NCBI GenBank assembly: GCA_963840035.1
Contig: CAWIXE010000002.1
Coordinates: 608,001 to 672,000, forward strand
Direction: 5' to 3'
Source: a candidate division FCPU426 bacterium
GTDB taxonomy: Bacteria; Oederibacteriota; PGYV01; Palsa-1178
Length of the DNA: 64,000 bases
Positions within the stretch are counted from its first letter, which is position 1. Each line of letters opens with the position of its first letter. The notes under the pieces are model-generated. The model ran no database searches. It was not told the DNA's origin and worked only from the letters and a program-made list of their open reading frames with translations. Shown in pieces: positions 60,201 to 64,000 of the stretch. A program made the position numbers and the translations under genes.

Positions 60201-60944
60201 TACCTGACACTTTACGCAAACTTAAGGATGATAGACAGGATGTTTTCCGCGACTTACTGTAACCAGGATTATAAGCCCGGTGATAACGCCATGTCTGTGA
60301 AGGCCACGTACATTATGGATGATGTTCCGCCATTTTCAATATTAAAATCCTTATCGCCCGAATCCGAAGCTTTTGTAAGAGGCACCCAGCTTATGGTCGA
60401 ATACAACAGGAACCATCAGTTAGGGGGGCTTACTTATCAAAAAGACTCATTAACTATAGATCTGAAAAACGACGAGGCGCTGGCAATGTCTAATTACCAC
60501 ATCTGGTACAGTTACGCCACCGAAGGCAATCCTTATCAGATACCGACGAGTTCGTTTACAGCCACCACAAAGCTGCTTATAGCAAACCTGGTTACGACGC
60601 GTGTTCTTTTAAGGTACCAGGCTTTAAGGGGTACTTTTTACAATGGCACAGGTGACCCTGCGCTGAGCGCGTCATTTAGTGAGGAAAACTACCCGCAATA
60701 TACCGGATTCCTTGAAGCCGGAATAAAGCTGTTTAAAGACTACAAACTCACGGCAAGCTGCAAGCTTCAGAATGCGCGGGGCATATGGTACACGAATGCT
60801 TACGCGGAAGCCGAAGCCAACTTAGTTGGAGCGGTAAACGCCATATTGAGTTACGGCGAGAAGCCGTTTACAGGCTACTGGTCGGATGATAATTCCAGGG
60901 ATACAAAAGATGTATACATGCTGAGCCTGAAGGCTTACTTCTAA
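57234..60944 (+). CDS. Four CBM-like repeats fused to a C-terminal outer-membrane beta-barrel
   Basis: Signal peptide; four F[DE]..W...D[IV][YF]N...W.E...GWN[KR]... repeats; amphipathic strands ending SLKAYF. Confidence 0.8.
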   Translation: MRLKHIIFLALLITFPLFLYSAETAPAQIDPDKFYLLNGFDDETNWTTSDWANNALSTITLSNDFITQGKKSMEVSLNAVKAGQGAIVQVLDPGDMSDINEISVDIYNSSMLKMDVRLMVKTGEAWQYHESKPIDIKPGWNKNVVFDLAAAEYTAEGANTFNKKISNRNFVRRLGFLFYPGKPVDGAIYFDNLRIKGGQSIAALLPQEAPANLKTVLIDDFEKGTLKWSAAAGWSCAAGVDKIKMPDGNQVLKARFNMSSPGMNAAFITEGSFDLSGVNDFIMDVFNPNDTIMNCGFALATGDKWAWQEAPIFKLKKGWNRDVKVSFIKKYWKNESSGWKSNVTPGDIKSVKRINMLLYPPDMGEGYALIDNIRMTTTEPEKLETLKPVDIGPVAFSVWNSFEKGVNWSPAADAGGAIAVNPAFEFGGQRINGMELVYSTRNEVDKAVYSYRSSINFANSVGMKFDIYNPNAYGVKISVAFKTGDQESWNETKQIGIAPGWNRGILIDFVSPSFKSADSNWNYTDPFYTRNDIREIDFQIYPDAKVQGKLYVSEIKLARRNFLGDIGEWLGFTFVNNSKVKVESINYSLWDNGSSEGGFESDAALNYWTDAGMSDWGVSRVSISDKFPSQGKKSLRMEYKDANIKVGLAYKSVTAFSVSDKDYFTFDVYNPGKLMKCSMVFDDGNTGGWYETKQYVIYPGWNRNIKVDLNSNDWKHDSTNLQNCDILRIKNAVKNIFIIFYGGIEGSIYLDNVRWGKKSGLSLTQADVTQDINLELSPLDNIDAKLTLRAAYHAGGANELALASGHINLRGFGNELSVFSGEPAKIIDDVFGIVDPGAVGPNNMGVSLAGTVFPINTSYILSGLSLDASEPWKLSTSYLMTARIKTYLFEKNFIGALYVNNRRGYSEGADIFSGNFEQSSHVYGGDASLAIPGFGLFDLNLKGEVLFASYDTLKPVYLIDSVPPKYVFEDLTTSADRKLIYGQADLHAGYLTLYANLRMIDRMFSATYCNQDYKPGDNAMSVKATYIMDDVPPFSILKSLSPESEAFVRGTQLMVEYNRNHQLGGLTYQKDSLTIDLKNDEALAMSNYHIWYSYATEGNPYQIPTSSFTATTKLLIANLVTTRVLLRYQALRGTFYNGTGDPALSASFSEENYPQYTGFLEAGIKLFKDYKLTASCKLQNARGIWYTNAYAEAEANLVGAVNAILSYGEKPFTGYWSDDNSRDTKDVYMLSLKAYF

Positions 60945-60964
60945 TGATAAGACGCGGAGGGAAA

Positions 60965-63388
60965 ATGAAAAGAATCATAACATGCGCAGCCATAATGTTG
61001 ATGGCCGCTTCAGGTATTTCCGGATATGCCATCAGCGGTTTGTCCATTACTGACAAGGAAGGCGTGCCTGTAAGGCTTACCGGCATTAACGCGCCATACC
61101 TGCCGATGCTTGATGAGCCGGAAATAAAGGCCGGACTTGACCTTATCAAACGTTCAGGGGTTAAAGTCGTCAGGGTTTTTGCCTCATTCTGCGGAAACAA
61201 GTCATATTCAATTCAGACAGGCCTGGGCAAGTATAATGACATGGCCCTTGAAACGCTGGATTTTACCCTTGCTGAAATCGGTGTCCGAGGCATGAAAGCG
61301 ATAGTGGTGCTTAGTGACTCCAATAAAACCTACGGCGGCAAGGAAGTGTATGCCCAGTGGGTGGGAGGTTCCAACGAAGACGTCTTTTTTAAAGACAAGA
61401 TTTGCCGGGAGTATTTCAAGCAGTTCATAACCATGATTTTGGACAGAAAAAACACGCTGACAGGCATTAAATATAAAAAAGACCCGAATATATTCGCGTG
61501 GGACCTTTGTAATGACGCTGAGAATAAAAGCGATGAGACAGGCGCGGCTATTTATAAGTGGGCCGGGGAAATGTCGGGATTCATAAAGGCCGATGATAAA
61601 ATGCATCCTGTGATAATGGGCGTTAAAAAGATTGTTATTTCCGATGATGAGATAAACGCTTATGACCTTTTCCTCGTTCCGGGGCTCGATGCGGCGTATA
61701 TTACGCTGAAGGCCGACGCGAAGATACCGCCTAACACGGCGCTTAATTATATTAAAAGGTATACTGCGGCTTTCTACGCGCAGGTGAACAAGCCCGTATT
61801 CCTGAACTTCAGCGACATTACAGGCGGAGCTTCGGCGACCATGTTATCCGACGCGGCAAGGTCTTTCTTTGAATCAAACGGGTCGCTGATAATATACAAC
61901 TACGCAGGGCTCCTGGCCTATAAGAAATATCCCGGCGCGCTTGACCTGGAAAATGATGCCGTTACAGGGGAGCTTCTTAAGGCCGCTGAAATATCCGATG
62001 AATTCAGGAAAGATGTGCCTGCCATTGCGATAAAATCGGTAAAAGTTTCCGCTGAACCGTACTCGGCAAAAATAACTTTTGATCTTTCCGAAAAGACAGA
62101 CGCGGAAGTGTTATACGGGGAATCAATGCCTTTAAAAACCAGGGCAAAAAAGGCGGCGGCGGAAGAGCTCAGCCAGTCGGTGCGAATCGACGGGCTGAAG
62201 GCCAACACCAAATACTTTTATATTGTAAAAGCGGGATCGTCCGCAAAAGCCGGCGTGACAAAAGTAAACAGTTTTATGACGTCCATACCTGAAAGAATAC
62301 CGGCTGTGCCTTTTAAAAGGAGTAAAAATTTTATCACCGTAAAAGGCACGCAGTTTTTTGACGGGGATAAACCGTATAAATATGTCGGGACCAATTGTTA
62401 CTATTTGAGATATACCAAGGACAAGTCCGTTGTTGACTACGTAATGAGGGAAGCTTCGCGCATGGGGTTTAAGGTAATAAGGGTGGGCTCAAACGGGGAA
62501 GCGGTCGATGAAAAAGAGGCGAGCGCGGGGGACCCGCTGAGGTACTTAAGGATAGGGCCGGACAAGTTCAATGAAAAGGCTTACAAAGGACTGGATTATG
62601 TAATAGATTCCGCTAGAAGAAATAACATGAGGGTCATACTGCATTTCTCGGATAATTGGGAATACTACGGCGGATTAAAAGTCTACGCTAAATGGGCGGG
62701 GCTGGAAGACAAGAACGCCGTATTCACAAATGAATTGTGCAGGAAGTACTTCAAGCAGACTATTGACGCACTTGTTAAAAGGAAAAATACATATTCGAAA
62801 ATTGATTATAAAGATGACCCGACAATTTTCGCCTATGACCTTTCAAATGAGCCGCGCGATGAAAACGACCCGACCGGCAAGGAACTTAACGGATGGATTG
62901 CCGAGATGTCAGCGTACGTTAAGTCTTTGGATAAGAAGCATCTTGTCACGACCGGCAGCGAAGGATTCTTCCTGAAAGAAGACGGCACTCATTATGGCGG
63001 CGCTGATTTTATAACCGAACACCAGATACCCACGATTGACTTCTGCACATACCACGTATATCCTTCGTATGAGCATAATAACTACTCGCTTAAAACAACA
63101 AAATGGATGATAGACCGTTGGGTAAAAACGGCGCATGAAACCATAGGAAAGCCTGTTGTTATGGAAGAATACGGTATCCCAAGCAAGAACCCTGATTTCC
63201 CGAAAGCCACCTGGATAAGGGAAATGACAAATCAGTTCTTTAATGACGGAGGGGACGGAGTAAACTACTGGTTCCTGATAGACCCGTCGTATTCAGGCGG
63301 TGATGGTTTTGAAGTCACCCCGGATGACACGGAATATGTAAATGAATTCATCAAAGTAGCCAACACTATCAATAAAGACGGTTATTAA
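60965..63388 (+). CDS. Tandem GH5 (mannanase-like) protein: degenerate GH5 + Fn3-like + intact GH5
   Basis: Two copies of R.N....I.YK.DP.IFA.DL.N; second has NEP and MEEYG, first has NDA and FLNFS. Confidence 0.85.
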   Translation: MKRIITCAAIMLMAASGISGYAISGLSITDKEGVPVRLTGINAPYLPMLDEPEIKAGLDLIKRSGVKVVRVFASFCGNKSYSIQTGLGKYNDMALETLDFTLAEIGVRGMKAIVVLSDSNKTYGGKEVYAQWVGGSNEDVFFKDKICREYFKQFITMILDRKNTLTGIKYKKDPNIFAWDLCNDAENKSDETGAAIYKWAGEMSGFIKADDKMHPVIMGVKKIVISDDEINAYDLFLVPGLDAAYITLKADAKIPPNTALNYIKRYTAAFYAQVNKPVFLNFSDITGGASATMLSDAARSFFESNGSLIIYNYAGLLAYKKYPGALDLENDAVTGELLKAAEISDEFRKDVPAIAIKSVKVSAEPYSAKITFDLSEKTDAEVLYGESMPLKTRAKKAAAEELSQSVRIDGLKANTKYFYIVKAGSSAKAGVTKVNSFMTSIPERIPAVPFKRSKNFITVKGTQFFDGDKPYKYVGTNCYYLRYTKDKSVVDYVMREASRMGFKVIRVGSNGEAVDEKEASAGDPLRYLRIGPDKFNEKAYKGLDYVIDSARRNNMRVILHFSDNWEYYGGLKVYAKWAGLEDKNAVFTNELCRKYFKQTIDALVKRKNTYSKIDYKDDPTIFAYDLSNEPRDENDPTGKELNGWIAEMSAYVKSLDKKHLVTTGSEGFFLKEDGTHYGGADFITEHQIPTIDFCTYHVYPSYEHNNYSLKTTKWMIDRWVKTAHETIGKPVVMEEYGIPSKNPDFPKATWIREMTNQFFNDGGDGVNYWFLIDPSYSGGDGFEVTPDDTEYVNEFIKVANTINKDGY

Positions 63389-63426
63389 ACTGTAATTTTC
63401 AGAATTTTGATCCTGCGGAGGTTAAT

Positions 63427-64000
63427 ATGAAAAAGACAATTGCGGTCATTTTACTTGCAACGGCAATTATTTTATGTTCGTGCGGTAAGGTTAAGGAATA
63501 TCCGACATCAACGCTCATGTTGTCGGCGGGCGGCACCGATAATTCCACGTATCCTTTTGAGGACGCTGGAGGGCTCGCGGGATTCAGCATCATTGATGTA
63601 CCAACTAACCGGCGTTTTTTATCCATGTCTTTTTCAACTGAGCAGGCATACAAGGGATCCGGTTCGGTAAAAATAGCATGCAACTTTAACGCAGGCAACT
63701 CTGGTGGCGTTATATCCAGAAGCGGGACAAATATGCCCATGGCGGGAAAGACTATAACAGCCTATGTATGGGTCCCATACGGGATGTTTCCGCTGTCTCT
63801 GGTGTACGGCACGTCCATATTTGTCCAAATCGCAAATTTTAACTGGTATGACAGCGGCTGGAAAAATTTGACCCCGGCATCGGCAATAGTCCCGGGTATG
63901 TGGAACAAAATTTCGGCGAAGGTGGATGACATGATATTCAACGGCAAGAATTTCGCGGGCAATGGCGATAATGCCAATACAGCCATAATATGGGGAATAA
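63427..64000 (+). CDS. CBM-like lipoprotein, 3' truncated by window edge (absent from ORF track)
   Basis: RBS GGAGG; MKKTIAVILLATAIILCSC lipobox; open to window end; AYKGSGSVK, ITAYVWVP, NWYD, GMWNKI parallel the 5560 lipoprotein. Confidence 0.8.
   Translation, partial: MKKTIAVILLATAIILCSCGKVKEYPTSTLMLSAGGTDNSTYPFEDAGGLAGFSIIDVPTNRRFLSMSFSTEQAYKGSGSVKIACNFNAGNSGGVISRSGTNMPMAGKTITAYVWVPYGMFPLSLVYGTSIFVQIANFNWYDSGWKNLTPASAIVPGMWNKISAKVDDMIFNGKNFAGNGDNANTAIIWGI

Overview
Bacterial chromosomal window (moderate GC) from a diderm organism, judged by many C-terminal-Phe beta-barrels and lipoproteins. The Thr/Pro-linker proteins and FlgD/T9SS-like tail suggest Ca. Goldbacteria-like lineages, but this is an unverified impression. 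It holds two polysaccharide-utilisation loci with no susC/susD or ABC/MFS genes in view. Locus 1 (1-23031) has two related outer-membrane barrels (one SLH+coiled-coil OmpM-like), GH74, a CBM-like lipoprotein, GH31, GH2, GH36, a SASA esterase, GH62, a discoidin-interrupted clan GH-A enzyme, CE4-GH5 and GH43. Locus 2 (57234-end) has a barrel fused to four CBM-like repeats, a tandem GH5 with one apparently dead domain, and another CBM-like lipoprotein. The best candidate for an undescribed system is this barrel/CBM-based glycan capture module. Between the loci lie a PAS kinase, a katG remnant, comM, an IS30 with 15-bp direct repeats, four tandem small OMPs, tRNA-Gln and housekeeping genes (msrA, folD, coaD, hup, GH57, lemA, ogt, recO). 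A dozen or more intergenic spacers carry 7-bp-period repeats, mostly inverted, plus REP/MITE-like elements. Three apparent 1-nt frameshifts may be sequencing errors. All family calls come from motif recognition by eye; no searches were run.
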